Positions 1-18,600 of a DNA stretch of 64,000 nucleotides are shown here, piece by piece (position 1 is the first letter of the stretch; every line of letters begins with the position of its first letter). Made by a program: the position numbers and the translations under genes. The stretch covers positions 13,454,001 to 13,518,000 of the forward strand of contig CM102286.1 of the NCBI GenBank assembly GCA_046563655.1, written 5' to 3'. Under the pieces are notes generated by a model, which searched no databases, was not told the DNA's origin, and was given only the letters and a program-made list of their open reading frames with translations. This DNA comes from Yuukianura sp. NJ FZ-2021 (lineage: Eukaryota).

Positions 1-1322
1 ACTTGGCAGATCACAGAAGCCTCACTTTGATGTTGCAGCTGCATACTCTACGAAATGTATCTTTTGCATTACATCGGGATCAACATTTTGACGAACACGA
101 AATGATCTGTTCCTGCACCGAGCAACAAGATGAACCTAGCCCAGTAGTGATTTGAAGTGGAGTGATTAGGCAGCCGAGCCAAATGCAGTGGAGAGACCTA
201 GAGGGAAGATGATAATTATTCCATTTGGATCCGAAGGAAGATTGAAGATAGGCTTCTAGTCTTCTATATCCATCTCGCCTCTCCTTGTTGTGCTCTTCTG
301 CCTCTGCCATTTATCCCATTATTCTCTAAAATAAGTGGAATCCATTCCATTGGGATTTGGAAGGAGATCGGAAGAACACAAGAGGCAAAAGGGGAACGGA
401 ACCAACACACATTACACCATCATGTTCATTCTACACGGCAAGACGCCAGCCACACCATACCCCATCTACTACTCGCCATATTGACTCAATTTTACTAGCC
501 AACAAACAAATCTTCTTGGGAGCCATTGACCCACCGACGAGATATCAACCTCACATGTCACGCCCGTAAACAAACAAGCGCCTACAGGTCAAGGACACGT
601 TGGATCAGGTCAGTTACCTTTTCACTTTACTTTCTCTCAATGTCGCCTGCGTATGAATTAAATTACTTAACGCATCGGCACCCACCACACCACCAACACC
701 GGCGGGGGTGATCCGTTAACTTTCAATTACAAACTGCCCTTACAAATTAATTGTTAATTTGTATTCGTCCTATTGGTGTTGTGCTGTAGGTAAGCCGGTT
801 GACCGTTAGAAAATTAATTGTTATACACTTGGGAAACGTTAAAGTTATCCGATAACCGATGAATTACGGACAAATTACATGCAATGATGGGAGTAATCAT
901 ATCATCAAGGTACAAAGTATCAAGTAGTAGTTAGGTGTTGGCATAGTGTATCGTTGTTAAGCTAATAAAGGTGTATAAAAAGTTCACAAAATCCATTTAT
1001 CACAACGAACACAATGCACGATAAACTTAAAACTTAAGTTGACGAGTGGTTCCGCTTCAACTCAGTCCGCGTAGGCGTAGTTTACTAAAAGCACCAATAC
1101 GATTGGCCCATGATACAAAGCAGTAATTCCAAAAATACGATTTTTAGATAAGTCAATCCGCATTTTCTACAAACAGTAAACGAGTTTCCATAAATAGGGA
1201 AGACGTACAAAAAATAAACATTTCGCTTTAGTAGCTAAGTTTAGGTCGTAAAGAAACGCTGCGTTGCGGTTATCAATGCCGAGGTCACATCCGACCGAAA
1301 CACTTTCTGAAGCCAATCATAA

Positions 1323-1535
1323 TCAAATCGTTGTACAATTAACGATCAATCTAAACAATTTAACAAAAGATAGATTTGTCTGAATCATGATCATTGGGTA
1401 TGAAAGTTGTGGTGTCAAGTCAATTGTGTCACCTCCATCTTCGTCATCAGATTCGGATCGGGTGTACTTCGAGAAGAGGGGGGTTGGGTCCATTTGCAGA
1501 AAGTTTTTGGGTGGTGGTTGTTCTGTTGGTGTCAT
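1323..1535 (-). other. Possible short exon/ORF of a transcript divergent from simjang; product unknown
   Basis: Minus-strand ORF MTPTEQPPPKNFLQ...ESDDEDGGD is preceded by an acceptor-like ttttcattag, with a donor-like gtaaat near 1742. No recognisable homology. Confidence 0.2.
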
Positions 1536-2918
1536 TTTGTCTAATGAAAAGAAATATAACCACATCCCGTCTTCTGCTCATACTCACAAAGAACGAAGAA
1601 AGTAATCGAACCGAGCATAACATTTTATAAGGCGAATGTGACTCAGGTCGGAACGACTCTCACAAGAAGCACAATCAGCATTTTACAACATTTTTAATCC
1701 ACACAAGTAAACTTGCCAAAAAAAATTAACGTTAATATTTACTTGATTCCGTTTGTTGGTGTCATCCGAAATTGTTTTTATATGTTGTGCCGTTAGTTCA
1801 ATTCCGGTTGCGAATTCTTAAAAACAATTTTACAACAATGTTCGCAGTTTTACAAAGACGAAGCGAGTTTTGGTTTTATAAAGTGGCTCGACTGCAATAA
1901 GTTGGCAACGGACACAAATCAATAAAAGTGCAAGGTACGGCCTACTCAAGTATCCATGAAATTTATAACGACTTTGCATTCTAAGATCAAAATGTGAATG
2001 TAATCTTGTTGTTTTCCTTAAACATTATTTAGTTTTAACAGTTAGTTTTTTTAAGTTTTTATTTTAACTATACTGCAAAAAATATTTTAGCTCCGCTTCA
2101 TTTTCAATTTACTTTTTCCATATTGTTACCCCTGCAGCACATCCATGTTTGCTATGGGTCAATTTTTTCGAACACCCCATACGTTATGTTGTGATTTGCT
2201 TCCGTTGTGAAATTGTGTATTAATCAGTTTAACCCGCAATGATTGATTAGGTAGCATGATTCATAATTTCGAAATCTTTTGATAATTTTAGATTTTCGAA
2301 ATTTAGTATTTTTGAACTAGGCCGATGGCGGTCATGTTAAGGAAAGTTAAAATGTTAGATAAGGTTATGGTCCTAATTCTGCCACATTGAACTGGCAAAA
2401 TCAAGATTGAGGAAGTTCAAATCACTGATGAATTTTTAAGTAGTAAAGTGAAGTAGGAAGAACTGAAGTTTCAGCCATTTTTGACAAATGGTTCCAATTA
2501 GTGGTGAATATAGCAGTGGTGTGATGGGAATGATAATCGAAAGTAGAGTAATAGTTAGAGTATAGAATTAAACTTAAAAGTTCCCCACCCACTCAAAATC
2601 CTCTTCTTGTCTTTTGGTTTTTCATATTGAATTGGAGATTGGCAGTGGCACTCTGTGTACACTGTGGGCTCACTTTGGGACACATTTCACATTGTTTTGT
2701 CCTTCCCCATTTCCTTTTGTTGTTTTTAAATGAAGAGACACACACAAGCAAACTAAAAGTGAAGAAGGAAAAATGGCAGGGAGAGAGGGCAGGCAGGCGT
2801 CGTGACGCTCATCTCCATCATCATCTCTCCCAAAAAAAATCTAAAGTGAACCTGATTCCGATTGGTGTGAAAGTATCTGATTAGGAGTTCACTCATATCA
2901 GTCCGGCCACTTACAACA

Positions 2919-3056
2919 TACCGTAAATTTCCAAATAGCACCAATATTCCAAATAATGCCCAGGTTCCTAATTGTAGTACTGATGTTGTACCCCGTCAGC
3001 ACAGTGCGGTAAAAAAAATGACTACTGTGGGAGTAATTATTTGGAAATTTACGGTA
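2919..3056. mobile_element. Tc1/mariner-superfamily (Tc2/pogo-like) MITE
   Basis: Perfect inverted repeats CCGTAAATTTCCAAATA (2921-2937) and TATTTGGAAATTTACGG (3038-3054), each flanked by TA (putative TSD); non-coding interior. Confidence 0.75.
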
Positions 3057-3831
3057 ACCTTAGCTTACAAGTGAACTTAAAAGTGGGGCTATAATATTAC
3101 CCCTCACTAACTACTGTCTTCGGGGCAATCAAAAATTAAATGTTAGGTTGTTCTCTCACTCCTCCCCTTTGATCTACATTTGCCAACTTAGAATTTAATA
3201 CCGTAGTTGAACTCTGCATTGTGAGAGTATAATGGATGAGATATTTTAGCATAGTTAAGAGTTACGACCAGATATTGAGAAATGGAAGTCTTCAAAAAGT
3301 TATTGACGTGTCACTAGGCAGCATACGAAGCTTAAAAGTGTAAACTTGCACCCAAGTGAAAATGAGAACATCAGTTTTGGAAAAGTCTATCTCTTAAGTG
3401 GCATTTCCGTTGTTCCCGGACTATATTCGGGGGGTTTTTAGCAGAAGAGGACCTATTTATAGGACTCCGTGTATAGCCAAATATACGAAATACCTTGGAA
3501 GGAGCCTTTTCTGTTTGAAGATTTGTAATGTGGTCTCCTCACTACTCTTAAAAACTCACTCTCTCGACTCTTTTATTTTATTGATCGATCTCTGAAAGTT
3601 GCCTCATTGATTGCGGACTTGTCGTTTCTTGAAACTAAGTTGAGACGACGGCCTTGGAAAAGTAAACTAGAAACTAGAGTAGTCACTACATGTATACGCC
3701 TACGTTAATTTTTGATCCGATGTCGTTCTTTTTTTCAACAGCTCTTGGCTCCTCGGGAAGGAGAGTAAATTCTTGGACTTGGATTTCTCGGTGACAATTG
3801 ACTGCTAACGGTGGTGAGCCGGTAATCAATC

Positions 3832-8799
<4,968 letters not shown>

Positions 8800-10396
8800 G
8801 TGAGATGCAAGTTTTTAAGGTGACGTGTTTAGACTCAAACTTTGACAAATGTGGGCATGATGACAAGTACGAAACTGTGCTGTTTAAATTCACAATTTTA
8901 CTCTCCTCGATAGAGAAATAGTTGATTTTTAAAAGACACAAATCACATTTCAAATCACGGTGAAAGTGGATGTCGTAATGTCATAGGATTTTCATCATCC
9001 TAAAAATAATGTAAACTTTATTAATTTAGTTAATAAGGTGCAAGTGAATATCTGGAGGGAAGGTTGTGTGCTGTACAATTTGTTGTTTTTTGGTACAAGT
9101 ATTTAAAATTTTAATAATTGCAAGTTTTTCACTGTTCTCACCTCTCCTCTTGTGATTATTTTGAACATTCTCAATAACGTAATGGAACCATCTCCGTTTA
9201 AACTTTTTTAAATCAAGTCTTTTACGATGATGCTTAGAAGAAACTACGAAAGAGAAGTTGTGACGTCATATTCAATTGAATTATCACCTTAATTTTTCTC
9301 TTGCTCAAACTATTACAAATCAAACTAAGTTATTTGTTAATGTCAAAGAGCAGATTTAACCGATGTTGAACCGATTTAAGTGTAAAAGCGTAGTTGTAAT
9401 TTGAATACATATGACACAGTGACTGTAAATTATTGACACTTTGTAGCAGAGTAACCACTGCTTGTGGCTCCTTGCCCTTTTTAATTAGTTTTAAATGTTA
9501 ACCATTCTTTAACATTACAAATCACGTACACTAATTAACTAATTTTAATTACTGATTAGAATTTTGGAATTTTTATTTCCACTTAATTTATTACTCGTAA
9601 GCTAAGCTGTTTAAATTGAGCTAGAGATGTAAAAATTGTAAAAAGTAAATTTTGATTTAAAGTGTTCCAACTTTTCCTAAATATTTACATTATAGTTTTA
9701 GCCTAATAGATTTGACTAATAATTATTATGTTTACTAAAAAAAATGTAAACGTAATAATGTATTTAATGATGTTATCATAACTCTACAAGAAATTTGCCA
9801 GGCTCTACATGGCTTTACATTATGCTGTTCATATTGAGGGGTTTTGAACATTAATTAAATTAAGAACAAATATTTAATAAAATCCAAACTCAACTTGTGA
9901 GCAGAAACTGGATTATTTTGGTTTTAAACCAACAATTTACCAATTTCGAGAAAAAAAGTTATCAATTTTTTTTTACAGTTTTCAGAACTTTAAGCTGAGT
10001 ACAGGAAAAGTGGACACTTCGTAGTGAAAGTTGCGGTGGCCAATGAAATCCAGTAGGACGGGAACTGAAATTGGCTTTCACTCTGTACTGGACTGAGGGA
10101 TAGAAAGAGGAGTGTCTGGATCCGCCTTGGACCCAGCCCACTTCCATCCCGAAAACACCGAATTTCATGTTCAAACCGAAATTCGGTTTTTTACTTTCAC
10201 CCGCCTCAGCAACTGTGGCTGGTCACAGGTAAAATCTCACTCGTCAGATCAAATCTAATCTCTGGTTTACATCTTCGATGTTCTAGTGAAGACTGGGAAG
10301 TCACAGGAGAAAGGTCACAATTACCTTTAGCATTAAGCTAGTATTCAATTTTCAAAATTTCAATTTTAAAAAAAAGTTAGAATTTCAAAATTTTGA

Positions 10397-12638
10397 ATGG
10401 AAAAGAAAGGAAAAGTGAAAGTGGGTGTCGACGGGTACCAAATGTGTGAAGTTGGAGGTGAAACGAAGAGTGTTGGTCCTTATGCCATGTCGTACAACCA
10501 CAGTCAAAAGAAATCACAAGACGCTACTTCAACTACAAAAAATCAAGTAAGCAAAAAAATTCAATTTGACCTTTGACCCAACTTTGACTTCATTTTTTTG
10601 AAAATTGCTAATGCTTCGTTTTTTTTTCTGAAATAGGTTTCGGCTGTTATACTTTTTGGTGTCCCTATTGTGTCCCTCGTGATGGACGGAAAGGAAAGAC
10701 TTTGCTTAGCCCAAATTTCCAGTACTCTGCTAAAGGAATTCAGTTACAATGAAATTCACAATCGACGTGTAGCTCTCGGAATTACATGTATCCAGTGCAC
10801 TCCAGTTCAGCTTGAAATTTTGAGAAGAGCTGGAGCCATGCCAGTCACTTCCAGAAGATGCGGAATGATCACCAGACGAGAGGCGGAGAGACTCTGCCAA
10901 AGTTTTCTTGGAGATCATGCTCCACCTCAGGTCAGAAAAACTAAAATTTTGAAATATTTCATACGATTTTGCTAAAATTTTGAAATATTTCGTAGTATTT
11001 TGCCAACATTTTGAATTTTTGGTACTTTTGGATTTACAGCTTCCAGAAAATTTTGCTTTTGACGTGTACCATGAATGTGCTTGGGGATGTCGCGGAAACT
11101 TTGTTCCTTCACGGTACAATTCCTCCCGTGCAAAATGCATTCGCTGCAGCTTTTGTCAATTGTTCTTCTCTCCAAACAAGTTCATTTTCCACTCACATCG
11201 CTTGCCAGAGTCCCGCTATGTCCAACCGGATGCTGCCAATTTCAATTCCTGGAGACGCCATCTACGCCTGTGCGGTGACCCACCGGAGGACGTAAGTAGT
11301 TCTTTGTCTCCTTCATCTTCCCTCAAGCACAACTCAAGTTCATCCGGAGACAGTCATGCTAACACTATTTCCAAACATTCCCTCATTCCCGCCAAAATTA
11401 TCAGTTCGAGCTCCACTGATTGTGAAACTGTTGTGGCGTCTGCGCAGATTGTCCACGCATGGGAAGATGTCAAGGCCATGTTCAACGGCGGCACAAGAAA
11501 ACGGCTACTTGCTGCACATTCAACTTCACCTTCCTCGCATTCCTCCCCTAAAAGGAGCCCTCCACCCGCGAAGTTAAGTCCCCCTGGGCCCTTTGTCCGG
11601 GGAGGGAGCCCTCAAGGTCAAAGGGTCACGCCGGAACGTAGTTCTGGACGACCTGCGCCTGTGCAGCTTCAAAATCATTCGGTTCGGCCGAATTCGGAAA
11701 GTTCGGTTGGTCCACCCGGAATTTCGGCTTTTGTGGCTCCAGGTTCTCCGCCGTTTCTAAATCCCGGGAGAATTTGGAATCCGGGCGTTTCTGGGTCAAA
11801 TGCAACGGCTTCGGATAAAGGCCGTTGCCATCTCGACGGAAATCAGTTCCACAGTTTGCCAATTGGAATTCATCCATTGTCGATCCCATGGCTCAGGAGA
11901 CCGCCTTTTGCTTTTGGTGGTCCAGGTCACGGTCCGTATGACCCCAACTGTAAATATTTTCCTGGAGAAGCATCACTTTTTCCAGAATTTGTTCCAGGAA
12001 GTACGAATAATCGCTCTAGCAGCACTTCCGCGTTCAAACCAATCCGCCAACAAGCTGCTCCTGCAACTACTGCCGAGCATCTTTTTTCAACATGGTTCAA
12101 TACTTCTGCTCTCCATGGAAATTTTATACAAGTTCCGGAAGATCTGTCTCTCAATTCCGGAAATTCGTCAACCCCTTACTACATTCAACCCTCTTCACGA
12201 GTAGTTGACCCCAAAGTGACCTCGAAAGTCAAAATGACCGCTGATAGATTTGGAATTCATCAGCTCATTGATGATGCAGATTCCAAAAAAGTTACGGAAA
12301 TCGATTCCAGTTCAAGTAACAACAGTGATGATGATGAGACAGTCGACGTAGAATCAACCGACAGCGAACACAAAGGTGACCTCGTGACCTCCAGTAACAA
12401 AGAGCCTTCACCTAACCTAACTTCTGCTGTCAAAAGAAGTCTAAGCCCAATTGAAAGTGACGACAACACAGTTGACATAGAAGTGTCCGAAACTGTCAGT
12501 TCTTCAAATGTCACCAAACTCTACTCCAGTGGAAACAATCAGTCAAATGGACTTCGACATTTTCAAAAGAAAAAGAAAAAGCGATTGTGGGATTTCGGTG
12601 AAAGTTTGCGTTGTACGACCTCATCCTCACCCCAATGA
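10397..12638 (+). CDS. fuss: SKI family transcriptional corepressor (SKOR1/2; fussel/CORL)
   Basis: Ski/Sno domain GVPIVSLVMDGKERLCLAQISSTLLKEFSYNEIHNRRVALGITCIQCTPVQLEILRRAGAMP; SAND-like HECAWGCRGNFVPSRYNSSRAKCIRC; SKOR-specific HAWEDVKAMFNGGTRKR. GT-AG introns at ~10547-10637, ~10931-11039 and probably 11292-11447. The 3' end is less certain. Confidence 0.92.
10941..11030. repeat. Intronic minisatellite, ~31-bp unit, 2-3 copies
   Basis: ctaaaattttgaaatatttc(a/g)ta...ttttg is repeated in SKOR intron 2. Confidence 0.6.
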
Positions 12639-15600
12639 AAAATTTTTGAAAAAAAAAAGTCGGTGTCAAAAAATTTTTCACAAAATTTTCTTGTGTTGAC
12701 AAAATTTTCCAACAATTTTTTTTTCCTGTTCGAACGTCTCCTGTTATTTAAATTAAGCTCCAACTTTCACTTTTATTCAAAACCTACACATTTCTAATTA
12801 ACACCCACCGTTGATCATAATGCTAGCGGAGCTTAAGGTTAATTAGGCATAGTGTTTTAGTCTTTTTAAGTTACAAAGTGTCAATTTCTCTGAAAAAAAA
12901 AGTTCCACTTCTAACCTAATAGGCTTCCTTAGTATGACTAGAAGGTAAGGTTACATTATGCTATGCTTTATTAACTAAGTTGAAGCGGAAGTAACTAAAA
13001 GTAAACAAGGAGAGACACTTTAGCATTACTTGAATAGAGTCCTTGTCTGTTGAAACGCATTGTTCCGTGATGATTAAACTTCCTTCTGGGCTCTTCCCAT
13101 TATTAATTTGACTAAACTTTTTTTAGGTTAGTTTGTTAGGCTAGTTTTTTTTAAGTTAGGAAAGACAAGGTTGGATGAATGTAGGATCAAATGTTTGGAA
13201 AAGTAGAAAGTGAAAGTGGGGGAGACAGGAGGGGTGAGGTGCCAAGGGAGTCGTAACGTGGACAAAAGGCGGATTATGATTATGGACTTGGCCTAAACAT
13301 GACGACGGCGGGAAGATTGATTCGCAATTATTTCTTGATGACATTTAAGAAAGTAGCGGCTTCTTTCCGTAAGTTATTATGCCTTACAACCTTAACTTTT
13401 GTTCAAACTAAAGTGAAAGTAAACTTAATGGTTTAGTAAAAAGAAATAAAAGTGGAGGTTTTCAATAGAATTGGGTGGAGAAAGTTAACATAGTTTTCCT
13501 CCACTTGAGAATACAAAAGGAAAGTGAAAAGTCCTTATTTTAACGTTCACTTGGAAGGAACAAAGTCACAAAAATTTCAAAGAGGTAATCATATTAAAAG
13601 GTTAGTTGAGTAATGGCATATGCTCCTACGTCTGTTCAAACTTTTTGGAAAAAAAGAAAACTAAAAAAAGAGCACTCAAATAACATTTGATTAAACGCCT
13701 ATTCAAAATCTGACGACCGTGACGAGTAATAAATCAAGAGAACTTTACCGCCACCAACCAAACCTTTCCCTGTTCGCTTTTCCATGCTTTTGTAATGCAC
13801 TGCTGTCTAAAAACTGTCCTAGCTTAAATGTCTAACCTAATCGCAACCTAAAACCTACTTTTCACGCATCCTAACACTTAACCTTCTGTAGTTTATGTTT
13901 AATCTAATTTTTTTTAACAATAAAACGATCAGAGATTCCAATTTTTCAAAAATCCTAACAAAGTGCTTAAAAATTGGCCTAATCCTATGAATCTTAAGTT
14001 ACATAACTCGAATTTAAACGAAAAAATTTGTACATCAACGTGCATTCAACTTGGGCTCTAGCTTTAGGTATTAGTTTACACAAACGTTCAAAGCATCTAG
14101 TCGGTGTTTCAATGTTATTGTCAGAAATTGTGAGATTTTTCAAACGGATTCCAATTTTAAAAAAATTTTCAAATTTTTTTTTTTCAAACTGAAATGGGTT
14201 TTTGGAAACTAAACTAGATTGGATAAGGGTAGGTTTAACTTAAGCATGGAATTCTCTTATTTTATCCAATTCTTAAAATGGAGAAAGTGGAAAAGTCTTT
14301 AATTCAAAAGCAGTCAAAATCTTTAGTCTTTTGAGAAACAACTTATTTGTTGTTCCTTTTGTAATTAAAAACTGATTCCTTTGTGTCACTTTGAATTAAG
14401 ACTTGTTCTTTCTCATTTTCTCTAAAGCAGGTTAAAACTGTCAAGATTTTTGGGGAAAGTGGAAGTGAAAGTGGAATCCGATTGTTAAGGGTCCAATGCA
14501 ATGCAATGGGATTGAATTGTCAAGGGATTAGTTCAGTCAGCCAAGAAGAGACAAGGGAGAGGGAAGGTTAGGTTGAAGAAGAACTACATGCAGAACACGT
14601 TCTTATTGGAAACATTATCTCCTGAACTTTCACAAAAACGACAATTTAATTTCTTCATTTTGTTCTTCCAAGGAACCATTAGGAACAAAAGCTTCTCTGT
14701 AGTGGAATGCGGGGCGAAGGTGATTTTATAAAAGAAAACCGAAAACACTTAAGACAGGCTCTTGTTTTTAAATGACAACTTTCTAAAGAGGTTTCAAGTG
14801 AAAGTCAAATGAAACGAGGACACAGAATGACTGTTTTCAGAAGAGCAACTTGAATGTTTCATTTAAAAACCAAAAAAGGCGTTCAATTTAACTGTTTGGA
14901 GAAAAACCTTAAACCGGAATTGTGAAACTTTAAACGCGGCTCTTCTTTTCCTTTGTTCTAAAACTTTTATTTTGTTTTTGAAATTGTTTTTTTGAATGAG
15001 CAACTTTAGAAACTTGAGCATGTAATCAATTTGTCTTTTGTTTTGTCTTGGAGCAATCAAAAGTGAAATAAAAACTGCTACACAAAACTTTCCAGTCAAA
15101 ATTCAATTAAAAATTAACACTAACTTTCACAAGTTGTTCTTACTTTGAACAAGAATGCTACGCATGCGTGCTGGGGCTTCGCCTCTGACTTGTTCATTTT
15201 TTTTTAGCTCAATCAAAACTTTTTCCAAAAGTATGCTGTAGAAAGATATAAGGTGTAATGGAGTTTTAGAAAAATAATATTTCGGAATTTTTAAACTTGT
15301 TGTAAATGAGGAAAATAGATTTTAGGGAATTTTTTGCTTGAATTTTTAACCATTTTTTCTTCAAATTTAGTCAAATTTAATTCCACTTTCTCTGTGGGAT
15401 TTGATTTTCATGATTTCATTTGTTTGAACAATTCTGTTTCCTAAGTTGTTAATTCTAGTATGGAAATATGGAATTATTTAATTATCTTCTCCCTCAAGCA
15501 CCAAATTTTCTAATCCCAAAATCTTTTGATACAAAACACAAAGTGAGAGTTACCACATAGGAAAATAGTGTGCGTTAACATTGATCCAGGATTTACTGAA

Positions 15601-18600
15601 TTCCGGGGATCATTCCTCATTCATTAGTTTTCACTTGAGATTAAACGAAAGTGAAAGCGGGATGCTTACTTTCTCCTTTCTTCTTTTTGTTACATCAAAA
15701 TTTCAGAAAATAATTCATTGTTTTCAAAATCCTGTTTTTGTCTCCAGAGATTTTCGGATGACAAATAGCCACAAGCAGGACAATTTTCAAACAAGAGATT
15801 TTGACTTTCGATGAAAGTACATAATTCGCTTTGTAAAATTTGGGTTTTGAGTTTTCAAAGGGAGTAACTATTTACGTAATTGAGCTTAATTTGGTAAATG
15901 AATTAAAATTTTGACTTTTTGGTTGGAGGCAGTTGTGTAAATCTTTGAACAAATAAGTTTCTTTTGTTCTGTTTTGAAAAGAGGATAAACAAGAACTTTT
16001 GAAGAACAGGAGAGTCAAGGGGGAAACAGGAGTAAAAGTTTTTGTTTGTGTGTGTTTGTTTAATAAAATTTTTAATTTTAATAACAATTGTTCAGTGTGG
16101 AAGGAAATTAATTTAGGCAAAGGAAATTGAAGTGGGTCCATTCTGCGTTCAATTTCATTAAGAGCTTATGAGACAACACAAAGGAAAGTCCTTGTGTCAC
16201 TTTCCTAATTTCCGGATGATTGTTTTGTCTCATGTGATGAAGATGATGAGGCAAAAACTAATCTTCTGCTACTCAGCTTGTTAAGTAGTAGTTGTTACCG
16301 GTCAAATTAATTTCATTTCAAAATTTCAAATTTTAAAAATGTTAGTGCTTCCAGTTGTTCATAACCTCCACCGGGAATTTTTTAAAATAAAATCTAAAAA
16401 TGGGAACAGTTTGTAATTTAGGTTTGATTGCGCGGAAGAGTTTTTAATTTGCAAAACTTTTTGAAATTTGGTCGTTGAAACTAAAAATTGGTGAAAGTAA
16501 TTTGAAACTTGAAAAAAAAATTGATGTAAAACGCAGAGCGTTGCGCCACTTTATTATTTGTGGATAGTAAATAATCCGTTTCCGGTTGAGCGTGTCTTTA
16601 ATTTGGGACTTCCAGTTATTTTCTTAATAGAAAAAACGAGAGCCTCACAAAATCCGATTCCAATTTTTCCCCAACTTTCTCCTTTAGAAAAAAGCAGAGG
16701 AACAGTAAATTGTTAGATACAGCTTAGCTTTTGAGAGAAGTCGAAATGGAAAGTATATGGGTTTTCTCCATCATTGCATTTTTCTATCAAAACAACTTTT
16801 AGAAAATCTGCTAGCTTGTGCTCAAATCTGATTGGTTCTCGTTTCCCATACAAAATCGTTTATATGCCTCCACATTCAAGAAAACTTCCAGTTGTTATCC
16901 TTTTCACAAAAAGTATAATTTAACGAACCTAGGATTATCACCGAATCTTTTCAACTAAAAGTTGTAGTTTACCGTTTTTTAAAACATGTTTTCAGTATGT
17001 TCAAAATTGGAAGTCTCTTTCATTTTTAGAATTTTGTTCTTCTTCAGTTTCTTGGCGAAATGGATTTAAATGTGTTTTCTCTAAATCACAACTTGTAGTC
17101 GATTAAATTTTTAAATTTTTGTTAAATTCAGCAACGTGTTGGGGAAAAAGTTTGAGTTTAACGGCGTTTTCTTGTGACAAATCGTACCAGTTATAAACTA
17201 AACTAAAAATACGTGCGATATTTACAAAGTAGTGATGAAATAATAGCGTATTTTACTTCGTTAGTCTATTCTGTAATGGAGTTGATCAATGTAAGTACTG
17301 AAATTAAAAAAAGCGGGAGACAGTAAATGACCTTAAGTTGACCTAACAGATGAGTCAATCAGTTCAAAATGACAACGAAAGTGAAAGTGAAATCGGTGGA
17401 ACGAATTAGAAAGAGAAAAAAAGTGTAATCATTTCCGTGGTGGTTTGAATAAGAATGATTTTCATTCTGAACAAAAAGAATTCGAAAGGGGGTTGAAATT
17501 TGTGTGAGGGTGAAAAAGTTCAAAACAAAACCAAAAGTTCATCCCTCCTCTTCATCCCCGTTCACACTGCTAATCTTTTTACTACATTTTAATTCATCTT
17601 CCAATTAACTCTGTGAATATAAAAAGAGTTCGGAATTTTAAAGGAAAGTTTGGAAACTTGGCACCTAATATTTTTTATTGATATTTTATTTTACGAAAAT
17701 AAAGTTTTTCCAAATGGCGACAACAAGATGGCACAACAATTTCGATAAAAAAAAATTAAAAAAAAAAAGATGTGTAATGTTAAAAATTGAGTTGAGATAT
17801 GGGAAGACACATTAAGAGTATTAAATTCTGGAGCATATGTGACCGTAACAAGATTGAATTACTTTAAAAGGTCAAAGGTCAAAAAAGTAAAGTGATGACT
17901 TCAAAAAAACTCTCGGTGGATAATTCATGGTTGTCGATTGTTAGATTAGTAAATCTAAAAGGTTTGAAAGTGAATCCAAATTCTAAATCCGAATTCGGAT
18001 TGAGAGGGATGATGATTATGGGGTGAGGGGGTGAAAGTGTCCATTAAAATAATAGGGAGGAACACATCACATATGTTATTGTGTATGTTATTGTCTCTCC
18101 CAAGAATGAATGATCCTAAACAGAGTCCTTATGTAAACACTACTGGACTAGTATGTAACTTTTTGGAATTGTATCCAAGTTCTGGAAGGCATGACACGAA
18201 GTGATCTGAGCGTAGGGGGTCCCTGGGGTCACGTCTTTTTCTACAAGTACAATCACAGGGAATGGAGGACCAAATAGCCAAAACTTCATCTTCAGTCCCA
18301 CCCCTAACGCTTCCCTTACACGGCAAAAATACTATTTGTTCCGCCGATTTGCCTTGATCAATGGCTTTTCATACGCGACTCTACGCTGTGCTTCTACATG
18401 TCCAATAAAATAAAATAACATATACAAAAAACAGAAAAAATGTAGAGCACCGCCAACTTTCAATTTCTGATCAACTTCAACTCCGTTTTGTCTGTTTCGA
18501 ATCAGCGATTGTTGAAAAGCTTTCAATTCCAATGGTTCAAGGAACCAGCATCACCAAAAAAAATGTGTAAAAATTGTAAACTTTTTTGAATCTGAGAATC

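Noticed and set aside
1..720. Short ORFs 80-310, 357-569 and 526-711
   Set aside because: No recognisable motifs and no consistent splice model; alternative frames stop early.
11292..11447. SKOR in-frame intron as another introner
   Set aside because: No TIRs or target-site duplication at its boundaries.
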